Assembly: GCA_000165425.1 (NCBI GenBank)
Contig: CT868441.1
Coordinates: 248,001-282,878, forward strand
Length of the DNA: 34,878 nucleotides
Origin: Paramecium tetraurelia
Lineage: Eukaryota
Reading direction: 5' to 3'
The position numbers and the translations under genes were made by a program. The notes under the pieces were generated by a model that saw nothing but the letters and a program-made list of their open reading frames with translations, made no database searches and was not told the DNA's origin. Shown here piece by piece: positions 9,822 through 21,703 of this stretch. How positions within the stretch are numbered: the stretch's first letter is position 1; every line of letters begins with the position of its first letter.

Positions 9822-12800
9822 TCATTTCTTTTTAGGAATTTGGATTGTCTATCTCTTAGCATTTGCATTTTTTGCTTTGGAAATTATTTATTATATAGTT
9901 TAATGAAGTTTCTAGTGGTTATAGTTTGAATTGTATTTGCTTTACTAGGCTATTAGGAGTAGAGATTAAGCCCTCTCCCCTTTTTCTATTGGATTCTTTT
10001 CTTAATCTTCTTTTTAAAGATATATCGTCTAATACATTTAATGATCAACTTGATTGCTCTTTTTCTTTTGATTAATCTTCGATATCTCTATCTTTACAAG
10101 AACCCTTTTATAAATGCCTATAATCTAATAAACTTCTTTAATCGTTTGAGTCTACGAACATACCTTTTTGATTTGATCACAAGTCTATATGCTTATATTT
10201 TCATAATAGCCTTAACCCTTAACAATCCAATATTCCAGATATTGACCATCGCTACTCTAGATTTATGTCTGCCATATGCCTTAGTTAATTTATTTAATCC
10301 ATTTTGAATGATATCCAATCTCCTTTACCTATTTGCCAATTTAATTCTCATTAAACATTATAACAAAAGAGTTGATTATTCTTTTTCCAATCTCTTTCTC
10401 AATTTAATCGCTTTAAATCGTTTGTAATTCTTTTAAATTACTATAGCAGCTCTATGATTTTTAAGTAATTTCTTGTATTTCCTTTTTTAAATAAAACTAA
10501 AATAATAATAATACATGAATACCATTTAACTAATGAATTAATTTTGGCACTTCTATTTACCCTTTTTTTATATTATGTTTTCCACCATCTTTATATCTTT
10601 TTATATTTAAATAGCTTTAATTTTAAATCCTTAGCCACTTTAGTTGATATTTTAAATGAGATCAATTAATCTAAATACAAAAGTGCTAATTCTTTCTTTA
10701 ATTCATTCTTAATCTGAATGGCCTAATTGCATCGAAATCGACACTGTATTTTAGTTGCCATTTTTGCCCTTTTCAAATGATACTTCCTCTTCTTAGCTAG
10801 AAATCCTCTGATAAGTGTTTATATCTTCCTGGCTGAATAATAGTTTTTCAATCTTATCCTTAACAACTTAGCAAGCATTCTCCTCACATACTTTTAGATG
10901 ACAATTGCATATTTTGTATCTCTTAAGAACCATTTTATCTTTTTAGCCTTGTACATTCTATAAAACTTTTAAATCATCAAAGCTGCTAATGACTCTATAT
11001 ATCTCTTATCAATCATCTTTTCTCTCTTAATATTGCACTTCTATCCCCATATTTCAAATTGACCATCATTCTATTATTAATTATTGTAAGTTTAATCTTC
11101 ATCAATTAACAACTCATAATAATATTTCTTAGGTTTACTGAATTCATCCCCAAATACTATATTAAACATACTCTCAGCCATAGAATCCAACATCTCATGT
11201 AACCAATCAGCTCTTTCTGCACATGCTGGTGATAGATTGACTTCCAATAACCATGGTTTACAATATTCATCTAACATAATATCAAAACCAAATAATTCGA
11301 AACAATATTTTGATTCTCCTTCAAATTGATCCTGCAATATCTTGAGTGTTTTGATCATTAACTGATTGCATTATGGTCTAACTACCTTTTACCAATCAAC
11401 AGGAAGCCATTGTTGCATAAAATCACTGCTGTAAATTGAATCATTTTGACTAATGTATTATTATTGCTCACTTACTTCTTAAATTCTGATTTGTTTAAAG
11501 AGAAATTTGTCAAATGCTTTAATAAATTCTTGGTGTCCTTCACATCATACGGCTGACTACACATCCTCATATAGCAATGACTGAAAACAAATGCTTGCAA
11601 TGGTTAGAAACTCTTTACTAGAACCCACTGTCTCAAATCAAACTTAAACCCCTTATATAACAACGGTCTTTCTATGTACTTTTACACCAATCTAGCTTAC
11701 ATCTATTAACCACTGTTGATTGCTTCAGTGATATCCTTCTCTAAATAGATTCCTTAACCTCTTGCACACCCTCCTGGTTTAATGATCCAAATGTTATGGA
11801 TACCATCAACTTTGTAGGCTGGATCATATTTTTTCAAAAACAAATGATATCTATACAACTTTCTGATCAAAAATTGGCTTGGATTCGAACCTCTCTCAAA
11901 CTTCTACAACTGAGAATATGCAATCAAACTAACTTATATAGATACACAGTACTTTAATCTAGTTTTTGATATGTATTGCTAACTCAATTCGAAATTCTTA
12001 TCATCATAGAAACCATCCTTCAATTACCTTTTCATGTCAGATAGTTTAGATAGTACTTCAGACATAATGGAACCATCAAACTTAACATCTGATTATTATG
12101 ATTAATCTTCCAATTCCTATGCCGTATAGATGTTTTTGTATTTCCTCTTTACAGTTCTTTTCACATCAATTCTCCTGATCTTTGAGTTCTCTTCTCTCTT
12201 CTTCCATTCCTGAAATATTACTTGCTTTAACTTCTTCATTTCATTTTTCCTCTTCATTCTCAATGCAGCAATCGCCTTTTTTAATATTATGGTAACTGCA
12301 GTTCTTTCATATTCTTTAAGGAAATCCTCTCTATCTGTTGCATTTCCTAAATCGAAGGCTCTTGGAAAGAATGTACTTGTATCGTATCCATATTCGCATT
12401 GGTTTTTGAAGTTTGCTAATAGACAGGATTTAGTAGTTAGTTCTTTTGTGTTACTAAAATGATTGTAAAATTATCCATCCAATAGTGTTTTAAAATCATC
12501 AGGATTTTCTGTGTAAACCCATTTGAGATCAAAAATTTATTAGCTGCTAGGTGTTTCTAGCCAACCATGTTTTTATAAGCATCTTCGAACATACTCATCT
12601 TGGGAATTAAAACAAAACACTTTAGTTGCAATCGAGATGTTTTATCTTTTCAAATAATCATTCATTAAAGAGCGATGATTAAAGTAGGTCTTATTCTTCA
12701 CCAAAGTTTCAACATTAGGCTTCTTAGTTTGAGACTGCTTCCTTTGTGATTCTTACGAGATTGTAGTTTCAATGCTGCTTGATTGTCTTGAGAGACGAGA

Positions 12801-12961
12801 TTATGATAAAGGATTCTAAACACCTGGTTTCATAAATTTCCTAAATATTCAAACGCAACTTACAGAGGAGTCCCCGATGAATCTTTGGATGATCTCTTTA
12901 TTTCCGGCAATATTGGTAATTGAGTAGTAATTTTTGGTTTTGGAGCAATTTATTATTTCAT
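9822..12961 (-). CDS. TTLL3: Tubulin-tyrosine-ligase-like glycylase (TTLL3/8 type) with multiple C-terminal IQ motifs; apparent frame break near 9978
   Basis: FDLKW, YNHF, FFPRAFDL, IWIIKPGGCARGQGI, VQKYIERPLL, KFDLRQWVLV, HLTNFSL, FELFGFDIMLD..PWLLEVNLSP. IQ-like motifs include IQKFYRMY, IQKYVRRMLA, IQTLIRGFLAKK, IQCRFR, IQKNYKRF and LQAFIKGFLQR. Confidence 0.88.
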
Positions 12962-13135
12962 ATTTTAATATAACTGTTTATGAGTATATAAATACACATC
13001 ATATATACATATTCAATATTACAAGAACCTTATTGTGTACAAATACCAATTAGGTACTTATTTTCAATATATACAATATATTATATATATACAAAAATAG
13101 AAAATTAAAATTCAATTTTGAATTGATCTTCAAGT

Positions 13136-15533
13136 ATGACAACTCCCTTAGACAATGTCACCACGCTCAAAGATAAAATCAAAATTCTTGATGACATCAA
13201 AAATCATACCAAAAACCTAGATCTCCAAGCTATTTACAAACACATTCACAATATTGGATAAGATTCTCATGAATTATTGGAACATGCGTTAAAAATCAAT
13301 TTTGGAAATGTCTTAAGAAATCAAGGCTCAAATGATTAAACTGAAGCCCTTCAAGTTTTCAAAAAGGTATGCGAAACAGCAAGAGATTTAAATCATATAT
13401 GCATTTATGTCAAATTAATAAAAAATAATAGTCGACAGGACCTCTAAAAAGTATATTTAAAAGAATTGGGATTCCAGACTGAAAAATTGATAACAGAATT
13501 TAGAAAACAGGGAACCATCATTTAACAATTGCGTTTAGACACAAATGACATTACAAAACAGAGATTCATGATCGAAATGATAACAACCCTGTGTCCATAA
13601 GACCTGGGATTCAACCCAGAATTATTCTCTTTAATGCTCATTCCCTTTAAATGTCTCCACAAAGCAGATCCAACAGATATTTCCCTCCTAGAAAGACTGG
13701 CTGATGTGTTACTATCCTAATGCAATGGCCAAGGAATTGCTAATCAGAACCAGGTTCATGATTGGCTAGCCCTGTTGACTGGAATCATTTAATATGCTTA
13801 TGAAGGAAATTCTATTGGATTATTTATATTATTGAGAAAAGTATTTTGATTTTATTTACTTTATCTAGATTCCAGATCAACATATAAGCGAATTACTTTA
13901 CAGACATAAATACTATATGCTTCTAAATTATTTCAACAATTTAAAAGTAGCTCTTAAAATCTTTTAAGGATTAACTTTTTATTCTATTACTTAATAAAGC
14001 ATATTCTTTATTAAAACCATTAGTTAATTTTTGTATGAGTATGCATTAGAAATTAGAAGCAAATAATATTCAGATATTTTGAAATACATTTATTAAGAAT
14101 TCATTTTGACAACAATGTTGGGAAACATCTAAATGGTTAATTATAGTGCAGAATTAATTGATCTATTACTATTTTACATAGTCGGAATGTCATCAATAGA
14201 CCAAGACCCTTTTTTGAAATCTTTAGATTTATTGTATGCCAGATTGAAGTAGGCATCTACATTTAAAATATTCAATAAAGAATTTGCTACCTAGAGAATT
14301 TAATTTTTATTGACTGTTGCTATTTACTATAATGGATTGAATACTGATGAACAATATCTAAATGTCATTAAAATCTATTAAATAACAAATCAATTAAATC
14401 CACATAATTAATATACCCAATGGAATTTTTCGAAATTAATCGAGTAATAAAATTAAATTGATTAAAACATCCTTTTAAGAGATTCAAAGGACTTTGTTGG
14501 TCTTGAGAATCTCACCAACACTTGCTTTATGAATAGCATTCTTGCAAAGCTTATACATGACTTAGTCCTTCAGAAAGTTTGTTATTCAATTAAAATTTAC
14601 AGATCAATCCCTTTAACTTATTCCTTATCCATCAAAATTGAGTAGTCTCTAAAAATTATTTCTGCTCTTAACCTATTAAAAGTAGGGGTATTGTTCTCCC
14701 TATGAACTCAAAAGATAATTAAGAGAACCTTATAGCAATACAAACGATTAGTAGGATGTGAGTGAATTTGCACATCATTTTCTAGAAGATCTCTTAGAAT
14801 TATTGCCTAAACATCTACAAATTCCAATGGAAAAGATATTCTTTGGGTATCATAGATCATGTATTGAATGTTTTAACTGTCCCAAGAGACAACCAGCATA
14901 TAGACCTAAAGAAAAGTTCTTGGGAATTGATTTGCATTTCAATGAAGATGAAGACAATTAAGATCTCTATGATATGATTCGAAAGGCATATGAAAAAGAA
15001 CAAATAGAATTTACATGTGATAAATGCAATCAAAGAACTGATCGAGTGTTCAAATCTCAATAATTAATTCAATTACCCTCCGTATTATTCATGATTGTGC
15101 ATCGGTAATAATCTCATTTGATCTAAGTTTTACATTCAATGCTGCAACGTAGACAATGAATAAAATGTTGACCAAAGTCCCCTTTAGATTCCAGATAGAT
15201 TTCAGAGACATTTTCAACCAAAAAAAACTAAACAGCAAAGATTGCATCTATGATCTCTATGCCTTTATAGTCCATATGGTAAATACACACAATAATATAT
15301 TTTAGGGAAAAAACAGTTATTCAGGTCATTACATATGTTATGCTAGACAACTCAATAAACCTGATGTTTGGGTAACTTTCGATGACACCATGATTTCAAA
15401 TTTAGAATATGATAGTGATCAACTTGACAAAGAACTAATGTAATTTAATTTATAATATAATAGAGCTGAGGAAACACCCTATTTACTGTTTTATTAAAAT
15501 TAATCAGGTTAACCCTTAATTTTTAATAATTGA
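13136..15533 (+). CDS. Ubiquitin-specific protease (C19 USP, USP35/38-like layout with a long helical N-terminus); one extra base at ~14544
   Basis: Cys box VGLENLTNTCFMNSIL-QSLY, QQDVSEF, CIECFNC / CDKC zinc finger, His box YDLYAFIVHMGKNSYSGHYICY, WVTFDD, TPYLLFY. Introns include 13841-13868. TGA at 15531-15533. Confidence 0.88.
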
Positions 15534-15553
15534 TGACTTATTTAATTTATTTT

Positions 15554-16434
15554 TCAAAATATGTTGCAACACATTTTTTCTTGTTGTTCTTAGGGTTGTT
15601 ATTGAATTTCCAGTTTAGCAGAAGGTCTTTTATCTTAAGTAGACTGTAATTAAGGTTATTAAGATGTAGGCTATTCTGTAACCTTAACTATCCCATTCGC
15701 TTTATCCTAAATATCCATTGCAGACATTATCAATTTGGTAAATATACTCATACTTCGATCCATTCCCAAGTTTTCTGTTGCTGAGCATTCAGAATAATAG
15801 ACATTCTGGGGAAGTCGTTTAGTTGCAAACTCGATGATATGATCGTCATTCCATTTTTCAGATTAACGAATTCCTTTTATCGGATGAGCATTTTTCGATC
15901 CAAAGACAGCTACCTTGTATTCTGAGCATTTCTCATTGATCTAATCAATTATCTGATTGTATTTGGGACATTTCCTCTCCAAATCTCCCATGGTTCCTAA
16001 GAAATAGTAATATGCATTTGTTTATTTGGCATTCTTCACACATAACTAAAACCAAGTATTCAAGGCATTTTCTAGAGTCACCATGTTGTTTAGAGAGAAT
16101 GCAATAATGTAAATGTTGCTCTGAAGAAGGAATGCTCTAATCATGGCACTAAACATCGATAAATATAAAAACATATTCTTTATTTCCCCAGAAGTAATCC
16201 AAACATGAATCTTTTAAGTAATCTTATTTGGTAGTAATATTCGTGAAATAAAGAAATCTACAGATTAAATTTATTTATCGTTAACTTTAGATTCAATATT
16301 CAGCAGGCATTCCATTAATTTACTTTTACCTACAGATTGATCTCCAATCAAGATTACTCTATGTACATCATTTGCAATTACTTTATTTTTCTCTCCTTTT
16401 ACTCACATAAAATAGAAACACTGTCCTATTCCAT
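15554..16434 (-). CDS. Divergent Rab/Ras-superfamily small GTPase with a C-terminal CCNIF prenylation signal
   Basis: G1 VILIGDQSVGKS, G3-like WITSGE, G4-like LGTMGDL, G5 ECSAT. Probable 24-nt intron 16149-16172. Ends MCCNIF-TGA. Confidence 0.82.
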
Positions 16435-16470
16435 AATTAACAATTAAATATATTATTAAATACTATTAAT

Positions 16471-18148
16471 TCATAATTTCTGACTGCCACATTTTGCATA
16501 GATAATTTAAAACTCATTTTCTAAATTTTATTCATTGAGAAGCTTTTATTCAATTTTTGATGGCTCGAAAATTCGATGGCTAAATTAGAGAGGCTACAAA
16601 GTGTATAATAACTTGATAAGGATCTTTCTTAGAGTCTTTTTATCTTTATCCTAAATAGCCTGAATATTCAATTTCATTCTAATGTGCTCTATTATATTAT
16701 GATAGATTTGGTTGAAGACTTAACCGAATGCCTAGTCATTCTAATCTGATGATAGTGCCACAATGTTGTTAGGCAATTTAAACTATACTTGTGTTAAAAT
16801 TTAGTTTGTGTGATCGGTACTCATTCTGATGCTAGATTATTAGAACTATTCATAATTCTTTTTGGCTTTATTGTAAGGTTCATTCATCTATTGATAATTT
16901 GATTAGAAATTCTGTAATGTTTGATCATATTTATCACTTTCTTTAAATAATTTAAAATCAGCTGGTAGTATTTAAATCCAGAACATATTCTAATATTGAC
17001 TATTTCAGATATTTACCTTTCCTTAGAGAACATCAATATAATATTTCAATTCATTTACCATGTACTTTTAGGTAATGACTGAGTAACTTAATTATTACTC
17101 TGTTGATAACGACACTATTTAACTAATTTCTTATACTTCCTTCATCAATTACCTGATGAATTTTATGATATCTGAAATGTATAAAAAATAATTAAAAATG
17201 CTTTTCACCTTTGTATTGTTATCCTAAAGCAATGCTGATATTTCTCTAACTTCTGTGCTATGTCTTATTTAAGATCTCAGTAAATTTTATTCATAAAAGA
17301 TCTAATCCACTACTTAAAATATATCTTCCCATTCAATTCTTTCTTTAGGATCCTAAATTAACATTCGTTACAATAAATTCAAATAAGTTTTAGGAATTGT
17401 TATAGCTTCAGGATAATAAACTTACCATTGAAGTGATGATCTCCTCTTGGGCTACATTTCCAATGGTGTTTTGCCATATAACATTTTATAAAGAATGACA
17501 CCTAAAGACCAGATGTCAGCTTTAGACGAATAATTTCCATCCATGACTTCTGGTGCTACGTATAATGGAGTTCCAAGATTTGATTAAGGAATATTCTAAT
17601 CTAGTTCATCTAGTAGTTTAGAGAATCCAAAATCTCCTATTTTGGCAATCCCGTTTGAAAATAGAATATTTTCAGGTTTAAGGTCTCTGTGGACAATTTA
17701 TTTATTTCTAATTTCTTTGTATCCCTGTACAATTTAGTAGAAAATGTCAAAGACTTACTCATGAGTCAGTGTGGATGTATTTATTTTATTTTAAAGATTT
17801 CCTTATTCGCAATACTCCAAAATGAAGTAAAAATAATCCTCATCCTCAACAAAATCTATCATTCTAAATAGAAAGAATCAATACTTTACGACATAAGGAC
17901 TTTATAATTACAACTAGTTTTGTCTTTCTCGATTTATATATTTTTACACTTCTTTCAGTCTTCTTGATTTCTTATCAAAACTCTTAATGGCAACTTATTG
18001 CTTCTCATTTTAATAGTAATACCCCAAATGGACTTCTGCATAACTTCCCTTAAAACAAGTATTTATTCAAATTTACCTGGCCTAATAACTTCCTTAAATT
18101 TATCACGTATTTGTTTTGAATGTTTCTTGTATAATCATAATTGTTCAT
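16471..18148 (-). CDS. Ser/Thr protein kinase (ULK/CAMK-like ciliate-expanded type) with a helical C-terminal tail
   Basis: [64 protein letters not shown]. Tiny introns. TGA at 16471-16473. Confidence 0.9.
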
Positions 18149-18456
18149 TGTGAATAATTATTAATATTTATAAAAAGATTATAATCCGATATAATTTTAT
18201 AAATAATAATTTATTAGTCACAAACTTGACTCACAAAGTGTGTCTCATTTATGCCGAATTAAAACTTCTAATTTGATTATATAATTAATGACTCTGCATT
18301 TTATATCACAATATCTTATAATGTAAATTTATACAGGAAATAAAATTAATTAAGGCAATTAATACGTGTTACAATATTTCTAGATTTTACTATAATTTGG
18401 GATCTTTGGGTTTTTATATTCAGGAAATCATTGATCTTTTTGGATAAATTAAATTA

Positions 18457-19623
18457 ATGGAATAAAAGATTGTCTTCAAGGAAGAGGCTAGAAAAGCTTT
18501 CTTAGATGCTGATGGAAATGTAGACTTCGGAAAAGTTTAAGCAAAATGGACTGAATTGGCTACAGTCAAAGTGAGTTTGGGAAACAAATACTTCACTCCT
18601 GAGGTCGTCGAATAAGCTAAGAAGTTGTCAGCAGCTGATTAACAACGTTTCTTGGATGTCATGATGGGTGGATTGGCCAATGATGACAGCTCAGTCGGTG
18701 TCTATGCTACAAGACCTGAGGATTATGACGTCTTCTCCTTCTATTTATAACCATTAATTAGAGAGTATCACAAAATCGAAGGTGAGACCAAATAAGAACA
18801 CGATTGGAACATCCCAGTCGATGAGTATGTGTTGACTAAAATTGACCCAAAACTCGAGAAAGTCTCCATGAGAGCAAGAGTTGCTAGAAATGTCAAGGGA
18901 TGGAATTTACCACCCTTGATGAGCAAGGAAGAAAGAATCAACTTCGAAAGTAAGATGGTTCAAGCCTTTGAGAACTTTGGAATCAAGGGAAAATATCACA
19001 GTTTGACACCAGGCCACAAAAATCAAATCACTCAAGAATAAGCTGATGAATTAATCAAGAGACATTTCTTATTCAATGACATGACCACAGACAATCATTT
19101 GACATCTTCAGGTGTTGCTTCTGATTGGCCATTTGGTAGAGGTATTTGGATTAGTGAAGACGAAACCAAAATGATTTGGGTTGGTGAAGAAGATCAATTG
19201 AGAATCATCTCCATTGTCTAAGGAAATGATCTAGGTAAAGTCGATCAATCACTCCACCAATTACTCACAGGTATTGAAAAGAGTGGACTTGAATTCGCTG
19301 AACACCCTGTCTATGGTGTCATCACAACATGCCCAACAAATATGGGAACTGGAAAGAGATAATCAATCCTTGGAAAATTCCCAAATATCACCAATGGAGG
19401 AAAAGACGAAAAGAAACTCAAAGATATCGCTAGACAATTTGGATTGTAAGCCAGAGGAATGGGAGGTGAACACTCAGCTATGGATCATGAAGGAACAGCT
19501 GATATCTCCCCATCTGCAAGATTTGGAGTCACAGAGGCAGTTGTCACAAAAAGATTATATGAAGGTCTCATCAAACTCTACGAAATCGAAGCCTAATTAG
19601 GAAAAGAATAATAACAGGCCTGA
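18457..19623 (+). CDS. Arginine kinase / ATP:guanido phosphotransferase (388 aa, intronless)
   Basis: DSSVGVYA, RARVARN, WPFGRGI, WVGEEDQLRIIS, signature CPTNMGTG, RGMGGEH. One frame with TAA=Gln. TGA at 19621-19623. Confidence 0.95.
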
Positions 19624-19659
19624 GTAGTATATCATAAAACATAAATATCAATTTCCATA

Positions 19660-20225
19660 AATTTCATTCCCTTCAATACATTATGTATTTCATTACTTTG
19701 AATGCAGAATGTATTTCCCTTTCTCCTCTTCAAAATGGATCTTTCCATTCTATATACAATTATTAGAGGATCAAGCAATTTAATTTAATTTATAAAAGAA
19801 TATTCAAGCATAAATTAATGCTTTTTTTCTCAATTATCATCAAGCATTCCTATTGAATTTGCATTTTCATGTTCATCCACCTCATTTAAGTTCCATTTTT
19901 ATTCAATTCACTTCAAAACCAAATTCTGAATTTCAACTTCATATCAAAGAATTAGCTTATTTCTAAATAATTTCAATAAAAACTGTGAATATTTTTATAT
20001 TAATATATATTCTTGTTTTAAGCTCTAACCATAAGGTTATATATGATATTGTTATTATTAAACATCAAGAAATTGATTTAAGGTTGTACTCTTATCATAG
20101 ATTGTTTTAATTTACTAAAATATCAATGACTTTTTTCTTCTTCATATATATCTTATATTTCAAGTGTCTAAAATATTTATAGAATGCTTTATTTCATTAT
20201 TCATCTCATTTTAATGCTTAGCCAT
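19660..20225 (-). pseudogene. Possible eroded gene remnant
   Basis: Purine-rich, coding-like minus strand starting ATG GCT AAG CAT TAA AAT GAG, with reading frames interrupted by TGA. Lies in an unusually long gap for this gene-dense genome. Confidence 0.3.
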
Positions 20226-20733
20226 TATTATTGAAATTAAAATATGTCATATAGTATTGCTCTATATTAAACAAAAAATTGGATATTTTCCAAAAAAATA
20301 CAATAAATTTTCATTATTTATAAGATAACTATAAATAAAGATGTGGAATTATTATATTGTTAATGATAATATAAAATACATCACTATACCCAAAATTTAT
20401 CTTTATATATACTCAGAATTCAAAATTAAAGAAATAAAAAAATTTTAAATATTCTCCTCTTAATCAGTTGTATTTTCTAAATAATGGAAATTTGATCCTA
20501 ATTTTTACTTCATTCTTTGCTTCTACATTCTCATTTTTTCAATTCCATTATTTATTTTGCAGTATTTTAAAAAATAACAAAAGTAAATCATAGCTTTTTT
20601 CAGTTAAATCAAATAGATCGTCTGTAAATATAAGGTATCGGAATCAAATTAATTTTCATAATCTTTCAATAAAATATACAATCATTGTTAATATTTGTAA
20701 TATAAAATGAATTATTAATCTTTTTAATATAAA

Positions 20734-21097
20734 ATGAATTATTTATATTCTTTGCCTCCTATAAATAGTGGCTAATCCTAGATATTAATCTTGGCAGCAA
20801 TGGAAATGAGAGAGTCCTTATGATTTTCAATTTGAATGATTTATTCCCAAAAAAAGCATGTAGAAATTATGATAACTCTTATAACATATTATAGTTACTT
20901 GGGAGAATCTCAAAATTTAACCAAGTATAGTCTAGACAATCAGCTAATCAAATATTTGAGTGATGAGTAATGAGTTTATCTATTTATAATATGTATTTTA
21001 GAGATTCTAATTTATTGTAATAATAGCATTTAGCAATTCATAAAATTAAATTAAAAAAGTAATGATGGAGAGCTATTCGTGTTGTGTTATATTTTAA
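20734..21097 (+). pseudogene. Possible eroded gene remnant
   Basis: ATG AAT TAT TTA TAT TCT TTG CCT CCT.. start followed by broken frames. The tract ends in an SYSCCVIF (CaaX-like) stretch. Confidence 0.25.
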
Positions 21098-21134
21098 TAA
21101 AAAAGATTTAATTAATTTTTAATTATTCAAGAAG

Positions 21135-21631
21135 ATGACATTCATAGTAAAAACCAGGAAGGTACTCTTAAACAAAGTTTTGAACAGAAGACAATTAGTA
21201 AAGTGATCAATTAACTTTAGAGTGTTGAATTACTCCATCCAAATAAGCCAACTCCTTCATAGGAATCAGTTGTTAAGGAATTAGCAAGCAAGTACAAGGC
21301 AGATGAAAGAAATGTTGTCGTCTATGGTCTTAGAACAACATTCGGAGGAAATAGAACAACTGGATTTGCTTTGATCTACGACACATAATAGTATTGAGTT
21401 CAGAATTAATATAGATATCTTCTCAAATTCGAGCCAAAATTCAGATTGAGAAGAAGAGGTATCATTCCAAAGAGAGACGGAAGCAGAAAGGGATGGAAGG
21501 AAGTCAAGTCTAAGTTAAAGAAAACCAGAGGTGCTGAAAAAACAAAGATTTACATGTCAAGAAAGACAGACAAGAGAGAAGTCATCAGAGCTTAAAAGGA
21601 AACTTACCTTAAAGGTTTTGTTGGAAAATGA
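21135..21631 (+). CDS. RPS24: 40S ribosomal protein S24 (eS24)
   Basis: [63 protein letters not shown]. Introns 21198-21220 and 21391-21414. TGA at 21629-21631. Confidence 0.96.
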
Positions 21632-21703
21632 GTGCATTTATACCACATTTAATAGTACATTATATATAAATATAAATATTGATATTTTTTATTTAATTAA
21701 TCT

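Noticed and set aside
19274..19600. 108-aa overlapping ORF inside arginine kinase
   Set aside because: An alternative frame that is open as a by-product of strong codon bias, with no recognisable motifs
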